Part shown: positions 49,101 through 59,953 of the stretch, in pieces
Layout of the letters: every line of letters begins with the position of its first letter
Position numbering within the stretch: the stretch's first letter is position 1
Source: Marsupella aquatica
Taxonomy: Eukaryota; Plantae; Marchantiophyta
Assembly: GCA_973895155.1 (NCBI GenBank)
Contig: OZ316891.1
Span: 21,216,169-21,280,168 of the forward strand
Direction: 5' to 3'
Length of the DNA stretch: 64,000 nucleotides
Notes under the pieces: generated by a model
Seen by the model: the letters and a program-made list of their open reading frames with translations, nothing else
Databases searched by the model: none
What the model was told of the DNA's origin: nothing
Position numbers and translations under genes: made by a program

Positions 49101-50737
49101 TACCACCAAGAAGGAATTGGAGGAAGCCCACAGGGAATTGGAGGAAGCCAAAAACGAGCTGGAGAAGGCACGTAAAGACCTGGATGAGACCCAGGAGGAG
49201 TTGGAGGAAATCACGAGGAAGATGGAGAACCTACAGCGGCGGGCTGACAACCAAACGGAGCGGCTGAAGAAACAAGCCGCAGTATTTAAATGCTTAGCTG
49301 CATCAGGTCCATCTCCCGTTGGGGCAAACCAGTTACCAGGGGTGGTAATTACCGAAGGACCAGCCGTGACACACGGCCCGGTGCCGGACATTGGCGACAA
49401 AAGGAAGAAACAGGTTGTGGAGATAGTGAAGAAGAAGAAGCGGAAACCTTCGGGGTCCGGAGGTTATTCGACCCCTCAAGCCGTACTCAAACCGGCACCA
49501 ACCTCCGGCATGAACACGACAATAGATTCCGCTATCACCAAAGGTGGGGATGGCGCGGCCCAAGCCGAACTACTCAATAATGAGGCCGATATCCCAGATC
49601 CACCTCTTGAGCAGGCCGGGGAGACAGTGGCTGAAGCCGAGGCTGAGGCCGTAGCCGAGAATGATTCCCGAGCCGATGCCGAAGCCGAGGGTGGGCCCAG
49701 TCAGGCCGATGAAAAGTTGACTCGGTCAGAGGCAGGTAATCTGTCAGAGGACGGACCAACGGCAGTGGTTGCGGAGGAAGCATTGGGGGCGTCCATTGAG
49801 GATCCACCATCGGTGTCGTGACGGTGCAAGGGTGTCGTTCCTTTTAGGAAGGGCGGACGTGGAGGTAGGAGGCGTGAGTGGGCAGGGCGGGCGCTGATTT
49901 CCAAGTTTAGGATTAGGATCAGGACCAGGAGCGGCCCTGACACTTAGCTTAGTGGGATTGCGGTTCCACTGGTAGGAGCAACACTTGTGCTCCTGCCTTG
50001 CTGTACATAGTTAGTTTCGGGCAGGTAGGTTACTGTTAGGTAGATTAGGCTTACGCTGCAAAGAATTAGGCGGATCCACTACCAGGATAAGTACTTGGGC
50101 AGCGGGGAGCTCAGGGCCTCTTCTTTAGCAAGTTTTTAGTTTGCACCAGCCGGGCTGGGATCAAGTAGTAAGAGAAGCTCTCGGTTAGTCATACCATGAC
50201 CTTGTGTATATTCATGTTTCCTCATGCCTAAGAGCTGAAATGAGTTGGCCTCACGGCTTAGTTCGCAGAGCTTGTGTATGAGATGTACTGTTTGTATGGC
50301 AAGTGCATGGTATGACTCAATCAGAAGGAGTTATTTTGCTATTTGTGTGTCGCATTAACTTGTGTGAAGAGTGCCCACATCAACCAGAAGGAAGGAAAGT
50401 AAACAAGGGAGTGAGAGTTGGATGTGTCGAGCTGAGAGAGGTCTTAGCGGTTTAACCAAGCCTATTGGGGATCATTCCAGCGGCGGAATCCAAACATACC
50501 TAACCAGAAGGAGAGGAAGACAAGGGAAGGCCTAGATTAGGCCGACTACATATCTCATGACCCGATGAAGGATCTGTCCAGTATATGTGTGTAAAAGGCT
50601 AATAGTAATAGTAGGAGGAGGTTAGCAGCGTCCCATGCCGCTAAGCCGCAGAAACGGCCTCGCCAAGCGCGAAACCTGCGGGAATCGGCTTGAGCTGGGG
50701 GGTTTCTTGGGTTTAGGGAGCCATGGGACGCACCACA
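46134..50737. mobile_element. 4.6-kb TG...CA insertion with a 5-bp TSD (giant solo-LTR-like element) carrying a coding gene
   Basis: TATGA|TGTGATGC ... GCACCACA|TATGA; removing the insert restores RT GSYEFLVMPFG. No internal direct repeats, PBS, gag or pol are seen. Confidence 0.9.
46249..49821 (+). pseudogene. ~1,190-aa protein: plant-mobile-domain-like region, Pro/Glu linker, long coiled coil, basic NLS and acidic tail; few lesions
   Basis: ORFs 46249/46402-46716 and 46798-47970 share a frame, as do 47945-48241 and 48299-48661; 48667-49821 joins by a frameshift. LEFVGSWEPETNCTRIYGKDFYLTPKVIVEVFGLPIG resembles the PMD motif (W.PET..F.....T..DV..ILGLP..G). Heptads ELEEAHRELEEAKNELEKARKDLDETQEELEE and KKKKRK follow. 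Confidence 0.75.
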
Positions 50738-51498
50738 TATGAGTTTTTGGTTATGCCTTTCGGGTTCTGTCCAAGATGGGCGTCCTGTGGCCTTCGAGTC
50801 ATGTAAGTTGGAAAATCACTGGATCGCGCCGGAAAGAAAAATGTATGTTGTGATCTACGCGTTGAAGAAGTGGGAGATTTACCTTAAGAATGGTCCCAAA
50901 GTGGTAATCCACACAGATAGCTCACCGGCTGGGTACTTCAGTTCTAAGCCTAGTTGTGGAAGCGGCTACCAAGGGTATGACCCTTGCCCAAAGTTGGTAC
51001 AAGGAGCAAGGGGATAAACATCGACGCCATGTAAGCTTTGAAATTGGGGAGAGCGTCTGGTTGCAGTTGAGATCTGAGCAATACCACGGGAACATAAGTA
51101 GGAAGCTGGCTCCCAGATATGCGGGGCCCTATCGCATTATACGATGGGCCCACAAGGATAATCTGGTTTTGGTGGTGTTGGAGACACCCAAGGAAATGGG
51201 CATAGGCAAAAGCTACCATGTTATCCGGCTCAAGAAGTTTATCAAAGACGATGATCCCAACCGGGATCAGGTCTTGCGTCCGGACACCATGTTGGTGGAG
51301 GACGCTGAGGAGTTTGAGGTGGAGGCAATTCTGGACCACCGGTACAAACACAAGTTGGGAAGGCAAATCTTACAGTATTTGGTGAAGTGGGCTGGCTACG
51401 ACCAGGCCGAGAGTACTTGGGAACCGGAAGAAAATTTGGGTAATGCCTCAGAGATCCTTGGAAGCTATCGTAAGCAAAGTGGCCTATCGTCATTGTAA
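50738..51498 (+). pseudogene. Chromovirus pol remnant: RT stub, partial RNase H, integrase C-terminus (GPY/F) and chromodomain
   Basis: YEFLVMPFG is joined directly to QDGRPVAFES...ALKKWEIYL, then to KLAPRYAGPYRII and EEFEVEAILDHR...YLVKWAGYDQAESTWEPEENL. Confidence 0.92.
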
Positions 51499-51956
51499 AC
51501 TGGTACAGGCAGCTGTAGCTACCTTTGTGAGTTGTATCCTAGTTTCATTCCTCTCGGCCTCTTAAGGATAAAGGCGGATTGCGTTGGTGCTAGAGGTTGT
51601 TGGGCGGCCAATTTGCTTTTTGCGAGTGGAAGTTGATGGTGCCCGCCCTACATCTGTGGGCGGGCTAGTTCAAACCAAAGGGGAGCGCCCCAAGGGGAGG
51701 ACAATGGGTCCGACGAGTTTGGAGTTAGCTTACCCGTTTGGACTGGCATCCTACTTGGATAAGTGGGATAGGTTGGAATTTCCTAAGTTTGGAATGCGCA
51801 TACCAACTTGGTTTGCATCAGCCTTATAGGCAAACCATTTGTTACCTCATAAAAATTTTTTAAGACCCAAAGTGGTCTAGGCGTGTTGGAACGTTTACTT
51901 CTAGGTCACGCGGACGTGCAAGTCGGGGTGCAAGTCGGGGTGCAAGTCAGGGTGCA

Positions 51957-53463
51957 AGTCGCGGAACTCGACTACCTTAACACTTAGCTCCGGCGTCGCT
52001 GACTTCGACGCCGAGCTCCCTTATGGTCCAGGCCCGGATAGGCCATCCGGGGAGGACTTAGCATGGGGAGACTTGTGGGCAATGAGACGTAGGACTAGCG
52101 AGGCAAGGGGCCAAGTTGGGGACACACACTAAGGACTTGGACTAGCCTATGGCTGGTAGGGTCAAGGAGAAATGGGCCGGGCTCAAGGATGGCCGTCCGG
52201 ACCGTCAGAGGGGCTTTGAGTTCTGAGGGCTTGGGAGTGAGCTCCTCTTGGACCCAAGGCCAATGGAGTTGACGCCATTGGCAACGGACGCTTGGGGCGC
52301 AAGTTGTGGCCCGATCCGGGTTGGGCTGGTCGGGGCCCCAAGCGGCAATCAGACCTGAGAGCCTAGGCATTAGCACGGGGTCGGCCCGGTCACAACGGGC
52401 TAAGGCACTCCGCTTGCGGATGCCTATCAAGAAAGTTATGGGCGTTGCCAGTTGGTGGCGCGCCCATCGTGCGCGATGGGATCCGGGTTGGGGGCCAAAT
52501 GTTTAGGGATCAAAAGTTGGTCCGAGGGTTGGCAGGTCTCCAGAAACATATATGAGGGGAGTGGTGTCTCCCTGGGGGCTAAGGCCGAGCCAAAGTCGTG
52601 AGCTGCGGCAGTCGCAACACTAAGGGAAACCGCCAAACGAAAATGGCGATATCTTCCCAACGGGAAGTCCGTTGGAGGACTTCTTAGGTGCGTTGGAAAG
52701 CTCTTGAGGAAGGCTATGCCCTCCTAAGGTCAGCTGGGTCTGGGGGTGCCATGGGTTTTCGTGGTTTGCGGGTGTTACCTCGCCCGCTTGCCAAATCCTG
52801 CCGAACAGCAGCCAAGCCGCGTTCAGCCTCCCAAGGGAGCTTGCGTTGGGGAGGCAAGGCCAAGTAGGTATGGAGGCTGAGTCCCAAGGGCGCTCGGTCC
52901 CTAGACCATCAGTGGGGCAAACCGGGAGTGGGTATTAGAGTCGGGGCCATTCTGGTCCCGGCGTGTTGAGACAAGCTTGGGACAAGCTTTAGGACAAGCT
53001 ACGCTATTTGGGCCATGAGCATGTCCTGGGGTCAAGGCGGTCAGTTGACAATGGATAGGTACGAGGGGGAACCCGGGCCTCGCCCAAGGAAGGAGCTGTC
53101 CTGGACGGACAGTGGGCATGGGTTCTGGTTTCGGCTTATGCCCGGGCTTATGGCATCGGAAGAATCTATCGCTGACCTATTTACCAACGTCTGTTGAGCT
53201 TGAGTTAGGATGCTAGACTTGGCGAGTTCTAGATCCGAAGGGGTTACTTACCGAGGTGCTTGGTTGCTTGTGTAGACAGTGAAGACCGTTGAGTAGCGGT
53301 CGTGTAGGTGAGCAAGTGCGGCTTCGTATGGGAGGGGCCGTAGGTGGTGCTAAAGGCACTTGGATGCTTGCTCGAGGTATTCCGTGGAGGCGTTCGGGCA
53401 CCAAGTGCACTTAGGTGCAAGTGCTGGGATTGGTGAGGGCGCTGGGTGGCGAGGTCCACCAGT
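51957..53463 (+). repeat. Chromovirus 3' LTR (~1.5 kb), starts AGTCGCGG
   Basis: Matches 42211-43279 from position 52390 onward, and matches the reverse complement of 59954-61431 over its whole length. Confidence 0.93.
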
Positions 53464-53924
53464 TGTCGGGATTTGCCGGGACTTGCCGCCCTCCGTTTTA
53501 ACCGCTCTGACAGGGGAACGGCCCCCTGTGAGACCTGCTATACTGTGTGGGAATATTCCCCAAAAACCAGAGAGCTGTTTTTTGGCCGTCCAACAAAGAT
53601 TCTGTCTGTCAAACGGTAATGTTTTTGGTTGTTTCTCGGTGAGGACGTTGCCACTGGAGTTAGCAATGCGGCGCACCAATCACATTGCAATTCCGACGAC
53701 GGGTTGTACTTGGTAGTTTGGTTATTCTCCGAGGTGGTCAAAATGGGGAAGTTTCCCAAGGTTTTACCCACCCGGACCAAAATTTGAATAACTTTTCTGT
53801 AGAATTTTGATTTTGATTTCGGCTTTCAGTATTGGACTCCTAGCTTCGTGGGCTACGCGGCGGTGTTGAGCTTTGAGTTTTATGAGAAGTTTTGAAAAAT
53901 GAAATTTTTTCGTGATTGTTTCAT

Positions 53925-56900
53925 ATGAGTGACTCGGAGGATACTGGAAGAATTGGCGTCGGTGGAGCTTCAGGATCACGACGATCAGATGGTGAGTCTG
54001 AGGAGGAGCTGCTACTATTTGAGGAGGAACTAGTGACAACGGTACAATCATCGGTGCGGCGTGCAGTGGAGGAAGCTGTTCTACTACCAGAGCTGTCAAT
54101 AGTAGAGAAGAAGAGGGAGATGGCTAGATTTGGAGGAGTGAAGTTTGAGGTGGAGAAGTACAATGGACGTACTGATTACTTGCTTTGGGAGAAGCAAGTG
54201 AAGGGTGTTCTACGGGCCATGGGCTTAGCTCATCTGCTTTCTTTGCGAGAGCAGTATGATGGAGAGGAGGAGATTTTTGTGAGACAGTGGAAATAGGAGC
54301 AGGTGATTGCTGTCAATGCAGTGATGCTATATCTCAAGCCGCACATCATCAAGCAGTTGGATGATTATGCGGATTGCGAATCACTATTCAAGGCTCTAAC
54401 AGAGAAGTACTACCTAGAAGATGCGTCTGATCGGCTGTACAAGAAGTCTTTCTTGATGAGCCTCAGGCTCAAGGAAGGGAGCAAGATGCAGGATCACCTG
54501 GATGAGTTTGACAGTCTAGCGGTGGATCTGTTAAACCTGCGAAAAGGAGTTGAAGATGAGGATAAGGCCTTGCTTCTGCTAAACTCCTTACCGCCATCAT
54601 ATCATGGCTTGAAATAGGTGCTCTTGTACATTGATCTGAAGTCTATTTTGTATAATGAGGTGGTGAGCTCTTTATTGTCTGATGATGCTCAAAAGAAGTT
54701 GGATTAATCACAGATAACATCTTCTTCTGGCACTGTGCAAAATGTGAACCGTGGAAGAGCAGCGCATCGCACGAATGGGCAGAACAGATTTAGATCTACA
54801 TCACGGGGGAGATCTAAATCCAGAGGGAAATCGCAAGAGAGGAAGCCTCTTGCATGTTGGAATTGTGGCAAGCCATGCCACATGAAAAGGAATTGTCGAG
54901 TAAAGGTCCCTACTGCATCTGCTAACGCGGCATCGAGCTCGCATGAGGTAGATTTACTTGATGATGATGACATATTGTGATGCCAAGGTTATGCTCTCAA
55001 TGTAGTGTCAAATCCAAGTAGTGATGACTGGATTCTAGATAGTGCATGTACTTTTCACATTTGCTCTAGGAGAGATTTTTTCAGTTCTTACACGGTTTCC
55101 AACGGGTCAGTGTTGATGGGAAATTGAATCCCATGTCAAGTTGTTGGACTTGGATCTGTAAGATTTCAGATGTTTTATGGTGCTGTAAGAACATTGAGGA
55201 ATGTGAGACACATTCCTAGCATGATGAAAAATCTCATTTCACTTGGAGTTTTAGAAGCAAATGGCCATCAGTGGAGTTCTGCTAATGGTGTTCTTCAGGT
55301 TTCAACTGGTACTAAAGTTGTATTGAAGGGAAAGAGACATAGCAATCTATACGTTTTGGAGGGCAATGTAGTTTGTGATGAAACCAATGTAACCTTATCT
55401 CATGAGGAGACGGCCCGGCTGTGGCACTTCCGTTTGGGCCACATGAGTGAAAAAGGTTTGGTTATTCTTCAGAAAAAAAAAGATTACTTTCTAATTGCAG
55501 TCTTGTAAGTTGGAATTTTGTGAGCACTGTGTGCTTGGGAAGCAGCACAGAAAACCCTTTGGCGTTGGAGCTCACACCAGCAAGGAGGTACTTGAGTATG
55601 TACATGGTGATGTGTGGGGTCCAACCCCTACTCCCTCACATTCTGGATAGTTATACTATGTCACGTTCATAGACGATTACTCAAGGTATGTGTGGATATA
55701 CTTTATACACAATAAGTCTGATGTTTTTGCCACTATTAAGGAGTGGAAAGCCCAAGTTGAGAATCAGGCTGGTAATAAGGTGAGATATCTTCGATCAGAT
55801 AATGGCGATGAATACAAGTCCGGGAAATTTGGAACATATTGTAAGGAGCAGGGGATTACCCGCCATCTCACAACAAGTTATACTCCTCAACAGAATGGTG
55901 TTTCTGAGAGACTCAACCAAACACTATTGGACCGCTCGAGGAGTATGTTGAGTCAATCATGCTTACAACATGAGTTTTGGGCTGAAGCTATCAGCACTGC
56001 AGCTTATTTGGTAAATTTTTCTCCATCTAGTTCTATTGGATTCAAGATGCCATTTGAAATGAGATACGGGTGTCCAGCAGATTACTCACATCTGAGGATT
56101 TTTGGACGTGATGCTTATGTGCTTACACCTTCCCAGCTTCGATCCAAGCTGGAATCCAAGTCAAAGAAGTGCATTTTCCTTGGCTATCAGAAAGGTGTGA
56201 AGGGTTATAGGTTATGGGATCCAGTAACCTGTAAACTAATTGTCAGTAGAGATGTGTCCTTTAATGAATCCAGATCATCAAAGGAGGGGGAGAGTTCTCA
56301 GGACTCCCATACTGACAAGGGGAAATCTCCCATCCCAGACCGGGTTAAAGGGGAGATTAGTCATGATGATGTTCATGACAGGAGAGATGGAGAAGCTCCG
56401 AGTTTGGAGCTGGTTCTTGTGATGGAACAAGAGGAGTAGGTTGTTGTTGGGGTACCTCAAATTCAGCCAGCAGCAACAGCAGATCAGCCTGAGTCATCTA
56501 CTAGAAGAACTTCCAATCGTTCTACTAGAGCTCCTACCAGGCATGGTCAATGGGCAGACTCATCTAAGTTAGATGATATTGACATTGCACTTGATGATGA
56601 TGACATGGCTTTGATCCACAGTGAGGCTTGTGCTTCAGAGCAGAAGCATGAGTGGAATACAGCAATGCAGAGGGAGTTGCAATCTTTGAGTGACAACAAG
56701 ACATGGGAGTTGGTGGAGCTTCCAAGAGGTCAGTAAGTGGTGGACAGCAAGTGGATTTACAAGTTGAAGGAAAGTCCTTCAAAGGGTGGAGATAAGATCT
56801 ACAAGGCAAGGCTTGTTGCCAAGGGGTTCACTCAGGAGAAAGGAGTGGACTACAATGAGGTCTTTTCACCTGTGGCTAAGTATTCCATAATTCGGATCTT

Positions 56901-58176
56901 GTGTTAGCTTGTTGTGTTTTTTGATCTGGTGATGGATCAGATGGATGTTGTTACTGCTTTTCTCTATGGCAACTTGGAAGAGATGATCTTCATGAGACAG
57001 CTAGTAGGCTTTATGAAGAAGGGCCAAGAGAACTTAGTTTGTAGATTGCTCAAGTCCTTGTATGGATTGAAGCAATCTCCCAGATAGTGGAACAAGCGGT
57101 TTGATAATTTCATGTTTGCTCAAGATTTTACAAGGATGATGTATGATCCTTGAGTGTATACAAAATCAGTCAAGAATGATGTGTTTGGTTTCATCATTCT
57201 GGTTATCTATGTGGATGACATGTTGATTGTGGCTAAAGATCAATCTGAGGTTGACAATCTCAAGGCGAAATTGAGTTCTGAATTTAGGATGAAGGATCTT
57301 GGCAAGGCCAAGAGGATCTTAGGGATGGAGATTTTTAGGAACTCAGATACTGGACAATTGTGCTTGAGTCAATGCCAGTATGCGAGGAAAGTACTTGCAC
57401 GATTCAACATGGATAACTGTAAGCTAGTGAGTATTCCTTTAGCTTCACACTTCAAGTTATCATCGGCTTTCTCTCCTATGGATGCTATGGAGAAAGGTTT
57501 GATGGCTAAGATTCCTTATGAGAAGGCAGTAGGCAGTCTGATGTATTTGATGACTTGTACTAGGCCTGACTTGGCCCTAGCGATGGGCAAGGTTAACAAA
57601 TCAATGTCAAATCCAGGGAAGGTACATTGGGAAGCTGTGAAGTGGATTCTCAGGTATGTGAAGGAAACATAGGACTATGGATTACTATTTGATAATAGAT
57701 CAAATAGAACGTTAGTTTGCTAAGTAAATTCTAACTATGGAGGCTGTCTGGACACAAGGAGGTCTACAACTGGGTTTGTATGTACTCTTGGAGGAGGATG
57801 TATCAATTGGAAATCTACCTTGCAGAAGTGTATATCTTAGTCTACTATAGAAGCAGAGTATATTGCAGCAGCAGAAGCAGCAAAGGAAGCAATTTGGTTG
57901 GAAAAGTTGATTGCGGAGATGGGTTTAGAGCATGGCAAAATGACTCTAAACTGTGATAGTCAGAGTGCTCTTCACTTAGCTGCTAACCAGGTGATGGATA
58001 GCAGGGTGAAGCACATTGATATCAGGTACCATTTTATCAGGCAAGCAGTGTCTGATAAAACTTTTGAGCTAGTCAAGATTGATGGAAAGCTCAATCCCGC
58101 TGATGCCTTTACCAAAGTGATTCCTTTGGAGAGTTTCTCAAGACACCGTGCTACTTTACAGGTTTTGCAGTTGTAG
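53925..58176 (+). pseudogene. Copia gag-pol polyprotein with many premature stops and frameshifts
   Basis: KFEVEKYNGRTDYLLW, knuckle CWNCGKPCHMKRNC, protease WILDSACTFH, GAG-pre-integrase LWHFRLGHMSEKG, integrase LRSDNGDEY/TPQQNGVSER/GYRLWDP, RT ARLVAKGF/YVDDMLI, and RNase H CDSQSAL/KHIDIRYHF/NPADAFTK. Confidence 0.96.
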
Positions 58177-58383
58177 TGCAAGTAGAGTTATTTAGCAATG
58201 TGTGACTATTTGTATATGGATTACTCATTCCAGTTTGGCTACGACTTAGTTCTAGTTAACCCTTAGTTAACCCTTGTGGTTTTTAGGGGGAGACCTGGTT
58301 TGGTGATTGTCTAGAACTTCCCGCTGAGGATTCCATATGGTAACAATTAGTCCAGTCCCCAAGACAAGAGTCAAGGGGGAGTT

Positions 58384-58726
58384 TGTTAGATATTGCTCTA
58401 GTCTTGTGACTCATGAGCTAACCACAGTTAGTCTAACTCGGGTTAGGACTTAGCTAATGTTAGCGGTAGTGCTGGTGTGCATATAGCCAGGGCTAATGCC
58501 AGATCTTGGTGGAACGTAGGCTCATTGTTACGGAGCTAGTTGAGAGATAGGGAGAGCTTGTGCTGTGGATGCTTGGTATGGCCTGTCGGCCTAGAGTGCA
58601 GTAAGCTCTTGTGTGTTCTCGTGGACGTAGCCTCATGTGGAGGTGAACCACGTATCTCTCTGTGTCGACTCTTGTGCGTTGGATGATTCATGGGCTTGTC
58701 GTTGCAAATGTCATCTATGTTCAACA
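58384..58726 (+). repeat. Copia 3' LTR (343 bp)
   Basis: Direct repeat of 40678-41021, preceded by the PPT and followed by TSD CCATT. Confidence 0.97.
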
Positions 58727-59953
58727 CCATTGGATCCAACTGGACACTCCTCCCACCTCAAATGTCTGTTTCACGCCTACCCTCACTTGCCCAAAATGGA
58801 AACTAAACAAATTTTCAAAAATTTCAAAATATTATTTAAATATATATTCATAGTAGTTTTAAAAACAAAAACAAAACAACACTCCCTCGTATCGCGTGAC
58901 CATGTCTGGACACCTTGGGGTCTCACTATATGGCGGCCTCCCCATCACCTGCGACATTTTTAGTCCTCGGACCTCCATAACGTAAGCCCATTCACTAAAC
59001 TTTGTCCTCCCCAACAACATTTTCACAACAACAATGACAAACATTCCTGTGCTTTTTATTCTATCATGGTCTTCTTAAAAAAATATGTTTTTCGTGCCAA
59101 GGAAAGACTGGAAAGCAAAATGTGGAAGGGGAGACCCAACAAAATTGGAAAAAGGCGAGAGGCCCATGGATGGGAAGATAGGCTGGGAGTGGGAGGCTAA
59201 ATGTATGAGAAAAGGGGAACAGACTCATTTACGCAAAGACATCCTTTAAAATGCAGCAAATTCTTTTACATACCTACATCTTTTACTCCATGACATCCTT
59301 GGCACGACAACATAATTTCCGCAATTATATGTTTTGCGTCTTATGCGCAAGGACATATTTTATGCAGCGTCATCTTTTGGGTAACAACTTCTTTTACACT
59401 AAAAATCTTTTGTATGACAATTTAACATCTTTTATGCAATGCAAAGGTATTGAGCTAGTTCTGCATAATAAGCAAGCACCCAAAAGTTCAAATATTTTTG
59501 TGAAGCCTTAATAGCTGATTATAGTAATTATGTAACATTGTAAAAAGAACCTCAACCAAGATTTCCTCCTCAAGTCCTTGCAACACTTAATCGTTCCCTT
59601 TTCTTTCTAAAAAGGGGGAATGAAGGAAAAGAGTTGTTGAACTTGATAGGAAGCTCAAAAATTCCAAGATGGGGCCTAAAGTATGAGAGGAAAAATACTT
59701 GAGGGAAATTTAAAAAAAGAAAGCTACTATTATTGATTGGAGAATTTCATCTCAACTTGAAGATTGTGCAACTAGCTGTAGTTAGCTTGAAATGTTTTCA
59801 CTGTCTTGAACATCTAATCTGAATTCTCCATTAGATTGTTCCATGTCCTCTACTGTGAGTGCAACACCCTTTCCAACCCTTGACATTGGATTGGGTAGCT
59901 TAGTTTGCTCCCGTTCCATCCCTCCATATTTGAATCCTGGTTGGCTGGCCCAC

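Larger units (their letters stand above)
42211..53463 (+). mobile_element. Ty3/gypsy chromovirus, internally deleted, nested in the copia 5' leader
   Basis: 5'-truncated LTR 42211-43279, PBS tggtatcagagc (43282-43293), then gag, zinc knuckle, protease, RT N-half, partial RNase H, GPY/F and chromodomain, and a full 3' LTR at 51957-53463. Confidence 0.95.
40678..58726 (+). mobile_element. Ty1/copia LTR retrotransposon (Tnt1/Tork-like), full length but decayed, interrupted by nested elements
   Basis: LTRs 40678-41021 and 58384-58726 (TGTT...AACA), 5-bp TSD CCATT on both sides, PBS tggtatcagagc (41024-41035), PPT aagggggag (58373-58381), and domain order gag-PR-INT-RT-RH. Confidence 0.97.

Noticed and set aside
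48667-49821. Coiled-coil ORF as a host myosin/SMC gene or a retroviral env
   Set aside because: It lies inside a TSD-bounded insertion, is intronless, and has no motor/ATPase motifs, signal peptide or transmembrane segment.
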